From Candidatus Marinacidobacterales bacterium (GTDB taxonomy: Bacteria > Acidobacteriota > Vicinamibacteria > Marinacidobacterales > SMYC01): DNA of 64,000 nt. The notes under the pieces are model-generated. The model was given only the letters and a program-made list of their open reading frames with translations. It was not told the DNA's origin and did not search any database. Positions 53,760-62,359 of the stretch are shown piece by piece. Each line of letters opens with the position of its first letter. The stretch's first letter is position 1. The stretch lies in contig CBDFHB010000002.1 in assembly GCA_965247365.1 (NCBI GenBank), forward strand, positions 804,745 through 868,744. The letters are read 5' to 3'. Made by a program: the position numbers and the translations under genes.

Positions 53760-55438
53760 GCGAGAGCCTCCTCGCGTAACGCGGCGGAGGCAGCTCCGAG
53801 GAGCACGAAGAACGCGAGATAGATGGGAGTGAAGGCAAGAAGGTAGTCGAAGAGCCCGTGCACGAGAAAGCCTGTGAGACTCGCGGCAATCGCCGCGACC
53901 TCGAGAGTCGCGGAGCCCTTGCTCGCCCTCCGCATGAGCCCGATCAGGGCCCGCCCGGCGAGGAGCACGAAGGCCGCGAATCCGACGATGCCGATCGTCG
54001 ATAGAAGCTCCAGATATAGGCTGTTCGAAAAAACACGAGTGTCCCAGACTTCCTTACCCGCAAAGGCTCCGTACACCCAGCGAAAGTTATCGGGACCAAC
54101 ACCCAGAACAGGATGCTCTAGAAACAGACCGAGAGCGATGCCCCACAGCTCGCGCCGCCCCGGTCGCCAGGCTCGCCCCGTCATCGCCTGCTGAAGCTCG
54201 CCGGGGCGAACGGCTCCCGCTGAGACCGTTCCGTCCACGACGACGTTGACCGGCGTTCCGAACCCGACCTTGTCGGAGAACCACGTTGTGTTCTTATGAA
54301 CCATGTCCCAGATCATCACGTAGCTACCCGGCTTCTCCGGGGCTCTCACCGCTGCGATCAAGCCCCTCCTCTGGCCAGGAGCGAGAGGAGACGGCAGGCG
54401 CGTACGCTCACCCTCGATCGGGAGGGGCACGAGCGTGCCGTCCGTTGTGAAGGAGAACCAGCGATAGGAGAGGTAAAACGGTTTCTCTCCGCTTGAGCCC
54501 CATGTCAGTTTCCCCACGTTCGCCACCTGAACCCGCGTGTCGGTAAGCGCGCCCGACGCGAGCTCGAGCGCTTCCGACTTGGGGACGATCTCAGCCAGGT
54601 ACCAGCTTCGATCGTCCTCACTCCAAGCGCGCCATTGGAAAGAGGGTTCGAGCAGAAACAGACCAGCGGCGATGACGAGAAACGACGCGTTCAGACCCAG
54701 AAGGCCTTTGAGGCCGTTGACGTCTTTAAGGCCTTTTAGGTTGGACGAGCGGATCATGAGAGTGAACACGACCGAGGCGGCGATGGCGCCGAGGAGGGCA
54801 CCTCTCGAGTAGGTCAGCAGAATGGCACTGAAGATTCCCAGGGAAACGATGAAGGCAACCGCTCGCATTCGCCCTGGAAGGTTTCTTCGCACGACGAAGC
54901 TCATTGCGGGCGGAAGTGTGAGAGCGAGGAATCCAGCGGCCGTGTTCGGGTAGGAGAACGTCGCCGCGACCCGGTACTGACCTCCGACCTCGAACGAATG
55001 CTCCCGAAACGGCGCGACGAAGCCCTCGATCGCGGGAACGGCACCTGCCTCGAGAAGCGCGATGGCCGCAGTCGTCGTGCCCGCCGCGGCAAAGGCGAAG
55101 CACAGAAGATCGAAGCGAGGTGCGGCGGCCAGGGCGAAGGACGTGAGAACGAATGCGACGAGTCCGGCCGTCATGCGAAGCGAAAACTTCAGCGGCAGAA
55201 GCAAAGAGCCCTCCGCGAAGGCGGCCGAAACGAAGACGGCGAGGAGTAGCGCGAGCGCGGGCACCGCGAGGGGGAAACCCAAACGCCGGGCGTGAAGTCC
55301 CGACGCCGAAAGGGCGAGGAGCACGAAGGCTACGACCTCGAGATGACTCATCTTGAAACCGAGTACCGCAACCAACGGCTCCATGGGCTCGAAAGGGAGG
55401 ACGAGCACGAGAAGCGCGATGGCGAAGAGAGCTCTCAT
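53756..55438 (-). CDS. O-antigen ligase/polymerase-like (Wzy_C) membrane protein with an extra soluble domain
   Basis: ATG 55438 overlaps the upstream stop (ATGA). Multi-TM. Family segments YPNTAAGFLALTLPP and LLTYSRGALLGAIAA. Confidence 0.8.
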   Translation of the reverse strand: MRALFAIALLVLVLPFEPMEPLVAVLGFKMSHLEVVAFVLLALSASGLHARRLGFPLAVPALALLLAVFVSAAFAEGSLLLPLKFSLRMTAGLVAFVLTSFALAAAPRFDLLCFAFAAAGTTTAAIALLEAGAVPAIEGFVAPFREHSFEVGGQYRVAATFSYPNTAAGFLALTLPPAMSFVVRRNLPGRMRAVAFIVSLGIFSAILLTYSRGALLGAIAASVVFTLMIRSSNLKGLKDVNGLKGLLGLNASFLVIAAGLFLLEPSFQWRAWSEDDRSWYLAEIVPKSEALELASGALTDTRVQVANVGKLTWGSSGEKPFYLSYRWFSFTTDGTLVPLPIEGERTRLPSPLAPGQRRGLIAAVRAPEKPGSYVMIWDMVHKNTTWFSDKVGFGTPVNVVVDGTVSAGAVRPGELQQAMTGRAWRPGRRELWGIALGLFLEHPVLGVGPDNFRWVYGAFAGKEVWDTRVFSNSLYLELLSTIGIVGFAAFVLLAGRALIGLMRRASKGSATLEVAAIAASLTGFLVHGLFDYLLAFTPIYLAFFVLLGAASAALREEALA

Positions 55439-56454
55439 GCGCGTTTCTCCGAGTCGAACAACGGAAAACGTGCCGGGAGATCGCAGCGTCGAAGCACGCA
55501 ATAACCGCGCCGGAGACGCCGTGCGACCCCCTCGAAGGGCTGGCTTGTCTCGACGCGGAAACCGGCGCTCTCGAGCTGCGCGCGAAACTCGCTCGCGACG
55601 AGATAGCCCGTCGTCCGCTCGGTGGGAAGCACTCCGAGACGCTCCCGGTGGTCGTGCTCCCGCCTTTGGACCATGGCGCGGCCCGTCTCGTGGTCGTCGT
55701 AAGCGGGACTGTCGAGAACGAGGAAGATCCCGCGCGCGCGCAGGACCCGATGAGCCTCCTCGATCGCTCGGGTTACGTTGCCGGCGTAGTGCAAGGAACC
55801 GTTTGCGACTACGACGTCGAACTGGGAGTCCTCGAGGGGCAGCTCTTCCATCTCCGCACGCGCCCGCGTCAAACGAGAGTGCAACACCGTGTTCGGCCAG
55901 GCGTAACGGGCGAGTGCTCCCAGCCCGTCCTCTTTGTCGAGAGAGACGTCGGTGGCAAGGACGAAATTACCACGTTCCGCCATCCGCCACGAGAACCAGG
56001 CGTTGCCGGCGCCTAGTTCCAGAATGCGGAGTGCTACCTTGTCTCGCTCGTCGGCGCGCTTCGCATCGGGGTAGCGCCTCTCGATGGCACGGACTGCGGC
56101 GCGGTAACTGCGGGCCCTCAACTTCCACACCGCAGGGTGTCGACCGCCCGACGTGAACGGAAGCCCGCGGTAGTACGTGGCGTCACCCTCCCATCCCTCG
56201 CTCCGGCGAACGCGCCGATACGCTTCGAGAAACGGTACCAGCGCAACCATCCGCTCCGCCCGCATCAGCGTGAGGACACCGTCGCGGCCGGGGATGCATC
56301 GCGCTTCGGTCGGGCACATCACGTCGGTCTCCACGGAAAATGCCGCGGCCCCGCATTCGGGGCAGCGGAGCTTCCACAGATTCCTATGAATCGCATCGAA
56401 GGCGGCATGCGTCTTTGGCGACCGCGTCGCGTGAGCGCTATGCGGAGCCGACAT
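55435..56454 (-). CDS. Class I SAM-dependent methyltransferase with N-terminal zinc-ribbon (Trm112-like)
   Basis: LRCPECGAA...MCPTEARCIPGRDGVLTLM. Motif I ILELGAGNAW. VVANGSLHY. Confidence 0.8.
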   Translation of the reverse strand: MSAPHSAHATRSPKTHAAFDAIHRNLWKLRCPECGAAAFSVETDVMCPTEARCIPGRDGVLTLMRAERMVALVPFLEAYRRVRRSEGWEGDATYYRGLPFTSGGRHPAVWKLRARSYRAAVRAIERRYPDAKRADERDKVALRILELGAGNAWFSWRMAERGNFVLATDVSLDKEDGLGALARYAWPNTVLHSRLTRARAEMEELPLEDSQFDVVVANGSLHYAGNVTRAIEEAHRVLRARGIFLVLDSPAYDDHETGRAMVQRREHDHRERLGVLPTERTTGYLVASEFRAQLESAGFRVETSQPFEGVARRLRRGYCVLRRCDLPARFPLFDSEKRA

Positions 56455-58519
56455 GAGGGACCTCTGAATAGGGTTCGCTCGGTCCGGGGGCCTTCGCCTG
56501 CAGGGTCGAAAACTCGCGATTGAGCTTGGCGCCGTGGTCCTTGAAGTGGAGCTTGACGACCCCAGGCTCGAGCTTGACGGAGAAAACGTCGACTGCGGCG
56601 CTCAGACGGCGGCGCAAGTAGGCTCCGAGGAGGAACCTGCCGAGGCGCTCGAGAAGACCCCCCCCGAAAAAGGAGAGTGCGGTCTCGAGGAGGAACGAAC
56701 CTACGGGAGGCTCTGGCTCTGAGGGCACCAGCGAGCGGAACTCGCGCCAGAAGTTCGGAAAGAATCGCGTTCCCCAGGAGTTGGCACGCACGAGCCGGTA
56801 GAACACGCCGCGCCCCGCCAATGGTTTGAGGGCGACGATCTGGCTCGCCGTGAAGGGATCGTGCTCGCTCAGCGCGAGGCTGTCTTCGCCCACGAAATAG
56901 TTGAGGCAGATCGTCTTCCGTCGCCTCAGAAGCTTCATGGCCACGTGGAGAAGCAGCGCGACCGCCCAGGTTCTGCCCTCCGACGTGACGACGAAGAGGT
57001 CGATGTCCTCGTCGCGAGCGTTGTCGTGTGCTGTCGCCCCCGAGAGCGCTACCATGCGCACGAAAGGACACCGCCGCACGAGGTCGATGGCGAAGCGCTC
57101 GCGCTCGAGGAGCTTCTGTGTGCGGCGGTTCGCTTCCAGGCGCGCTTGTACCGAAGCTTTCTGCCCCTTCAGGAAATGGTAGGGAGGTTGAACGTCGATA
57201 GTTTCGCGCGCGAGTGGATGATCTACTACGAGGCGGGAGATCTCGCGACGCGACAGGGACACCCCTATGAGCGATCGGTGAATCTCTTGTAGCGTCATTG
57301 GATAGTCGAACAGGGCGCTATAGGCGATCGTGTCTATCACCGCCTTCGCTTCGCGACCGTCCAGTGAGAAAGGGGGACGGGGAGCGCGCGAGCGCACTTT
57401 GGAGCGTTCGAGCGCTTCTTCATAGACCGCGAGGGTTTTTCGCGCGCTCTCCTCCCATGAGAACGAGCTCGCGCGTGTCATGCCGGCGAGTCGCACCCGC
57501 TCGCGCTCCCGTTCATCCTCGAGACCCCGCTCCATGGCTGCGGTCATCGCGTCCAAGTCGTAGGGATCACAAAGAAGAGCCGCGCCCCGAGCGATTTCCG
57601 CGAGCGAGGAGTTGTCCGATGTCAGAACGGGAACGCCACAAGCCATGGCCTCGACGACGGGAAAGCCGAATCCTTCGTAGAGCGACGGGTACACGAAGAG
57701 ATCGGCGTTCGAGTAGAGCGCGGCCAGGTCTTCCTCGGCCACGTATCCGAGCCTCTTCAGGCGCTTCCCATGCGGCAGCTGTGCGAGCGTTCGGGAGAGG
57801 CTTTGCGACTTCCAGCCGATGTCTCCAGCCAGGTAGAAGTGGTGATCGGGAAAGCGATGCGCGATGCGGGAGAACGCTGTGGCCGCCCGCGTCAAGTTTT
57901 TCCTCGGCTCGAGGGTGCCCACGTACAGAAGGTAGGGTCGGCGCACTCCATAGCGTCTCTCGATGCGCTCGATGCTCTCGTCATCACGGACAGGCCGAAA
58001 CTGCGCGTCGGCAGCGTGGGGGATCGCACGGATCCTAGCCGGATCCAGATCCAACAAACGGGCGACGTCTCGCTTGGCAGACTCGGAGGGTGTGATGACG
58101 AAGCGAGCATTCCTGGCGATCTCGGGAGCGAGGGGCCTCGTCAGGAGTCTCTTCTTCCATTTGTGACAGCTGGGGAGAAGCTGTAGCGTCATGTCGTGAA
58201 AGGTAACGACATAGGGAACGTTGCTGAAGTACGGCCCCAGAAAGTTCGTGTAGTGGCAGACGTCGGGCCGAAGTCGTTTGAGGATATGTGGCAGCACCGC
58301 CTGCATCCAAATTGCCCGCGATGGAAAGCGTCCTTCGGAAACGACACGAGATCGCGGTACGTTCGGTAACTCGATGGGCCGGTTGGAGAGAACGAGGAGC
58401 TCGTCGATCGGATTGCTGGCGCCGCCCTCGACTGTCAGGTGCTCGACGAGGCGCGACGTGTAGTACCCCACCCCGGACTTGTTCCCCCGGATCGTCGTCG
58501 CGTCGAAGCCTACGAGCAT
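56438..58519 (-). CDS. Glycosyltransferase family 4 fused to a C-terminal nucleotidyltransferase-fold-like domain
   Basis: ATG 58519 (MLVGFDATTIRGNKSGVGYYT). GT4 core (YVGTLEPRKN...FVYPSLYEGFGFPVVEAMACGVPV). The C-terminal ~300 aa contain LSGATAHDNARDEDIDLFVV (a G-S...D.D pattern). Confidence 0.8.
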   Translation of the reverse strand: MLVGFDATTIRGNKSGVGYYTSRLVEHLTVEGGASNPIDELLVLSNRPIELPNVPRSRVVSEGRFPSRAIWMQAVLPHILKRLRPDVCHYTNFLGPYFSNVPYVVTFHDMTLQLLPSCHKWKKRLLTRPLAPEIARNARFVITPSESAKRDVARLLDLDPARIRAIPHAADAQFRPVRDDESIERIERRYGVRRPYLLYVGTLEPRKNLTRAATAFSRIAHRFPDHHFYLAGDIGWKSQSLSRTLAQLPHGKRLKRLGYVAEEDLAALYSNADLFVYPSLYEGFGFPVVEAMACGVPVLTSDNSSLAEIARGAALLCDPYDLDAMTAAMERGLEDERERERVRLAGMTRASSFSWEESARKTLAVYEEALERSKVRSRAPRPPFSLDGREAKAVIDTIAYSALFDYPMTLQEIHRSLIGVSLSRREISRLVVDHPLARETIDVQPPYHFLKGQKASVQARLEANRRTQKLLERERFAIDLVRRCPFVRMVALSGATAHDNARDEDIDLFVVTSEGRTWAVALLLHVAMKLLRRRKTICLNYFVGEDSLALSEHDPFTASQIVALKPLAGRGVFYRLVRANSWGTRFFPNFWREFRSLVPSEPEPPVGSFLLETALSFFGGGLLERLGRFLLGAYLRRRLSAAVDVFSVKLEPGVVKLHFKDHGAKLNREFSTLQAKAPGPSEPYSEVPHVGSA

Positions 58520-59790
58520 GACGATGCCTGTTTGCGGGAAACGGTGCGCGCCAGCCGCGGGAATCCGAGAAGATCGAGGACCCATGTCAGGCTGACGGCG
58601 AGCAGACACCACTCGGCGAGAGTGACAGCAATTGCGGCACCCGCTGCTCCGAGGCGTGGAACGAGAACGAGGTCGAGACTGACGCTCACCACAAGCCTGA
58701 CGCCTAACGCGAGCACAAGAGAGCGCGTCCGTCCCGCGGCCACCATCAGATGCGTCGTGAGCGCGTTCGCGAAGACCGGCACGAGGCCGAGGCCTAGAAT
58801 CGCCAGAGGTACGGCTGCGGGACGGAAATCCTGCCCGAACAGAATCGTGACGATGGGCTCACCAAGCAGCACGAAAACGCAAGCGAGAGCCCCACCGGCG
58901 CTCGCGAGGAGAACGAGAAGGAACCGGGTTAGGACATCGAAGCGGGGCGTCCCCAACCGAGACGCGAGAATCGGAAATGTTCCGGCAGCGATCCCGCCGG
59001 AGAGCACGAACGTGGCTTCGAACAGGCGAAAAGCGCTCTGAAAGAGTCCGGTCTCGTTGGCATCCCGGAGCGCGGCAAGGATGAAAAGATCGGCCCGCAA
59101 GTACAGAAGCGTGATGACGGCGCCGAGCGCCAACGGAAACGATTCTTTGAAGAGACGCAGGGTTTCATGACGAGCGGCCGAGCTCCCTCGAACGTGAACC
59201 GTTCGTCGAACGAGCACCATCGCCGCTCCGAGTGCCGGCACACCCGCGAGAACGAGTGCTCCGGCGAGAACCGTCAGGCTCGCGTTTCGAGACAGCGCCC
59301 AATAGGCGGCCGCAAGCGATCCGAAACGAAGACCCGTCAGAAGGAGGCCTTCCCTCGCGATGAAGCCCTTGCTTCGGAGAACGACTCCGAAAAACTCGAC
59401 CCAGGAGGTCATCAGGTGCGCGGCCAGGAGAACGAAAACGAGCAATAGATTCGGAGAAAAAGAACCGGCGGTGACGGCGGCGGCGACGGCGAGCACGACC
59501 GCCATCGTGAGGAGCCCTTTCGCGGCGACCGCGCTCCAGAAGATCGAGGGGTTCTGGCCTTTCGCGAGCGAGCGCAGGCTCACCAGGTGGAGCCCCAGAT
59601 CCGTCGCTTGCGATAGCATCCACGCCGCGTACCAGTAGACGGCGAAGGTCCCGTATCCCGCGGCCCCCAGCGCCCGCGCCACGAGAACCGACATGGCGAA
59701 GCTCAACAACCGGGAGGCGACATCCCAGGCTGTTTTGCCCGTTCCCGCGGCGAAGGCTGCTCGAAGCGAGCTCGCCTCGACAGCGGTCAT
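58510..59790 (-). CDS. Oligosaccharide flippase (Wzx/MOP superfamily)-like protein
   Basis: 426 aa, polytopic. First gene of the minus-strand glycan operon. Confidence 0.7.
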   Translation of the reverse strand: MTAVEASSLRAAFAAGTGKTAWDVASRLLSFAMSVLVARALGAAGYGTFAVYWYAAWMLSQATDLGLHLVSLRSLAKGQNPSIFWSAVAAKGLLTMAVVLAVAAAVTAGSFSPNLLLVFVLLAAHLMTSWVEFFGVVLRSKGFIAREGLLLTGLRFGSLAAAYWALSRNASLTVLAGALVLAGVPALGAAMVLVRRTVHVRGSSAARHETLRLFKESFPLALGAVITLLYLRADLFILAALRDANETGLFQSAFRLFEATFVLSGGIAAGTFPILASRLGTPRFDVLTRFLLVLLASAGGALACVFVLLGEPIVTILFGQDFRPAAVPLAILGLGLVPVFANALTTHLMVAAGRTRSLVLALGVRLVVSVSLDLVLVPRLGAAGAAIAVTLAEWCLLAVSLTWVLDLLGFPRLARTVSRKQASSCS

Positions 59791-59925
59791 ACGGAACAGG
59801 CAAGCAATTCTCGTGCCCTAAGCGAGCCGCGACCTGTTGCGGGTTTTCTAGAGGAGCCGACCATTTGCTTACAACGAGCGTAATCGAGCTTACGATAACA
59901 GAAGGGAATTATATACTTGACGATC

Positions 59926-60381
59926 CTAAAGTCGGCCTTGGCTATGGAATCGGCTAATCTCACCGAGGTTGTGAACGTGTAGGAGCTTGTTCTTTCCTGC
60001 CTGACTTTTGAGCCACATTTCAGCCCCTTTGCTGTATCCGCCTCCGTCCAAAACGATGATGGTGTTGAACTCGTTCAACTGGATCGACAAGACCTCGAAC
60101 GGGTACTTTTCCTCCACACTGCCTGGGGACGCCTGCCACTTGCATTGAATGACCAGGCAATCCGGCCATCGTTGCGGATGGTACAGGATGAAATCGACAC
60201 GCCTGTTTTTGCCATAGATGTCGCGCCCGACGGAGCATTGTTCGGCGAAGATCGGCTGCCTCAACTCACGCATGGCAAAGAACCGCCCACTCGAAACGCG
60301 TTCGTATTCCTCGGACAGAAGATCGCTGACCGCGTTCTCTAATCGACGCCCGCGCTTGTTAGCCCTTGACCCTTTACTCAT
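59926..60381 (-). CDS. Small PD-(D/E)XK-like nuclease (putative restriction endonuclease)
   Basis: 151 aa. RRVDFILY...CLVIQCKWQASPGSVEEKYPF fits a D...(E/Q)xK core. The start overlaps the methyltransferase stop by 8 nt. The stop lies inside the left IR. Confidence 0.5.
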   Translation of the reverse strand: MSKGSRANKRGRRLENAVSDLLSEEYERVSSGRFFAMRELRQPIFAEQCSVGRDIYGKNRRVDFILYHPQRWPDCLVIQCKWQASPGSVEEKYPFEVLSIQLNEFNTIIVLDGGGYSKGAEMWLKSQAGKNKLLHVHNLGEISRFHSQGRL

Positions 60382-61249
60382 AGCTAGTGATGATCAACTC
60401 GGACACAGGTCCGCGTTTACTAGCCTGGCTGTTAATAAGCCGAGGAGCGACTGTTTCATGCAGGATGGTCTTTCCTCCTCGGTAGAGGCGCCGGATAAGC
60501 GACGTATCCGAATTACTCAACATGACGTTGGCTCCCATGTTGATCCAACCGTTGATTGCATCACGTAGACGCTCCTGATCCTCGGGCGTGAACCCACCAG
60601 CTTGGTATCCTGTAAAAGTTTCGTGGTAGGGCGGGTCACAATAGACGAAATCGTTCGCATTCGGATGAACGGCCTTCACGAAGTCACCGACTTGTATCGT
60701 GGCTTTCGCCAGCACCTTGCTCGCCGTCCGTAATTTATCGGCGTTGCATATATCTGGATTCTTATAGCGTCCCTTTGGAACATTGAACTTGCCAGCTTTG
60801 TTCACGCGGTAGAGTCCGTTGTAGCAAGTTTTGTTCAGATAGATGAAGCGAGCCGCAATTCCGATCGAGGTGTCGGGCTCTTGTGCACGAACTTGAAGGT
60901 AATGCTTTTCGTTCCTATGTCCTCGCTCGTGAGCTTTCAACGCTTCGATCAACTCATCAACTCGGTCTTTTACTACTTGGTAGGTGAGGACCAATTCCTC
61001 ATTCAGGTCGGATAGGACAGCTCTATCAATCCGATCCGCCATCGTAAAAAAGACGGCACCGCCGCCAACAAACGGTTCCCAATAGGTGCTCACACGCTCA
61101 GGAAAATACTTGGCAATCTCTGGGATTAAGGTTCTTTTTCCACCGGCCCACTTAACGAAAGGCATGGCCGGGGCCTTATCAAGATAAGGGCGCTTCGTGC
61201 GCTGAAGCACACGTTTAAGCTCACGATTGAACTGCACGATGTTACTCAT
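60374..61249 (-). CDS. Dam-class (D12) N6-adenine DNA methyltransferase
   Basis: PFVKWAGGKR, FVGGGAV (motif I), NKTCYNGLYRVN, CDPPYH (motif IV). ATGA overlap with the transposase stop. Confidence 0.9.
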   Translation of the reverse strand: MSNIVQFNRELKRVLQRTKRPYLDKAPAMPFVKWAGGKRTLIPEIAKYFPERVSTYWEPFVGGGAVFFTMADRIDRAVLSDLNEELVLTYQVVKDRVDELIEALKAHERGHRNEKHYLQVRAQEPDTSIGIAARFIYLNKTCYNGLYRVNKAGKFNVPKGRYKNPDICNADKLRTASKVLAKATIQVGDFVKAVHPNANDFVYCDPPYHETFTGYQAGGFTPEDQERLRDAINGWINMGANVMLSNSDTSLIRRLYRGGKTILHETVAPRLINSQASKRGPVSELIITSYE

Positions 61250-62157
61250 GAGATCAACCCTTTGTACGTCATCCGACTAGAAAGGCCATTCTCAATCAGG
61301 TGGGCTACACGGGCTGCTCGCCCCATATCCTTGTTGTTCATACGGAAGGCGCATCCGTCAAGGTAACGCTGCGTGTGCTTCTTGCTCCACCAGTGGTGGA
61401 TCCCGATGTACGCGCGCTTTACGAGAGCCCAAAATGACTCGATGCTGTTCGTATGAGCTTCGCCACGAACATACTCGCCACGGCTATGAGTCACACGCTC
61501 CAACGAATAGAAGCTGTCGAGAACCGAGTAACCTCGGTGCTCGTCTGCTTTGATCTTAGAGCCAAGAGCAACATGCCGGAGCGTGTGTGGCACTATGTTT
61601 GCGGCATTGGCGCCTTTCACGTGGAATGCCTTCGCCTTCCCGCCTCGCTCCCTCATGCCAAAAACGACCGCTTTGGTCTTGGTGCTACGGCCCTGCGTTC
61701 CTCGCGTGCGCTTGCGGGCGTGCTTGTTTTTCTCCTTGCCGCCGATGTAGGTCTCATCCAATTCTACGATTCCGCCGAGCATCCCTGAATCGTCGTTTCC
61801 GGCCGCATTGCGGATGCGCTGAAGCATATACCAGGCCGTTTTCTGCGTCACCCCGATATCCTTCGCTAGCTGGAGGCTAGAAATGCCCTTAGAGTGACAA
61901 GTATCGAGCCAGATCGCCGCGAACCATTTAGGCAGCAATTTGATCGGCGTGTCAGCGAACATGGTTCCAGCGATGATGCGGAAGACGCGTCGACAATCGC
62001 CGCACTTGTGCCGCCGTCCGTCGGAGAAGTGATAGATTCGCTCGTAACCACCGCAGAGTGGGCAATACGGGCCTTCCGTCCAACGCAGCCTTTCGAGCTG
62101 CTTTAGGCAGGCAGCGACAGTTCCGAACCTTTGTGTGAAGTCTAGTAGGCTGTCCAT
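61246..62157 (-). CDS. IS1595-family transposase
   Basis: N-terminal zinc ribbon CPLCGG...HKCGDCRRVF. DDE region VELDETYIGGK, IKADEHRGY, TNSIESFWALVKR. Confidence 0.9.
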   Translation of the reverse strand: MDSLLDFTQRFGTVAACLKQLERLRWTEGPYCPLCGGYERIYHFSDGRRHKCGDCRRVFRIIAGTMFADTPIKLLPKWFAAIWLDTCHSKGISSLQLAKDIGVTQKTAWYMLQRIRNAAGNDDSGMLGGIVELDETYIGGKEKNKHARKRTRGTQGRSTKTKAVVFGMRERGGKAKAFHVKGANAANIVPHTLRHVALGSKIKADEHRGYSVLDSFYSLERVTHSRGEYVRGEAHTNSIESFWALVKRAYIGIHHWWSKKHTQRYLDGCAFRMNNKDMGRAARVAHLIENGLSSRMTYKGLIS

Positions 62158-62359
62158 GACGGTCTCCTTATATAAGTATAATATACACCTATTCTGGGAT
62201 CGTCAAGTATATAATCCCCTTAATTAGTGCTCGGTCGCCTCTTCGGCTCCCTCGCTCCCCTCGCTCTTCGCTCGGGGAGGACGGCCCACTCGGGCCGGGC
62301 TCGCGGCAGATGCATGGGCAGCCGCTCGCATTCTAGTGCGCGCTCGGCTCTTCGCCTCG

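Larger units (their letters stand above)
59902..62221 (-). mobile_element. IS1595-type element (2320 bp) carrying methyltransferase + nuclease cargo
   Basis: 25-bp IRs AAGGGAATTATATACTTGACGATCC (59902-59926) and AAGGGGATTATATACTTGACGATCC (reverse complement of 62197-62221), 24/25 identical. They enclose three overlapping ORFs. Low GC (28/60 at 60601-60660). Confidence 0.75.

Noticed and set aside
55353-58038. ORFs 55353..56156 (+), 56319..57071 (-) and 57298..58038 (+) overlapping the methyltransferase and GT4 genes.
   Set aside because: Arg/Ser/Pro-rich shadow ORFs with no recognisable domain. The overlapping minus-strand genes have clear motifs and operon-style overlaps.
62222-62359. CTCGCT-rich imperfect repeats, and an AGGGGATTA string resembling the IS1595-type IR tip, between the element and the PilZ gene.
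   Set aside because: The repeats are short and irregular, and the 9-nt match to the IR could be chance. No structure or coding potential could be supported.
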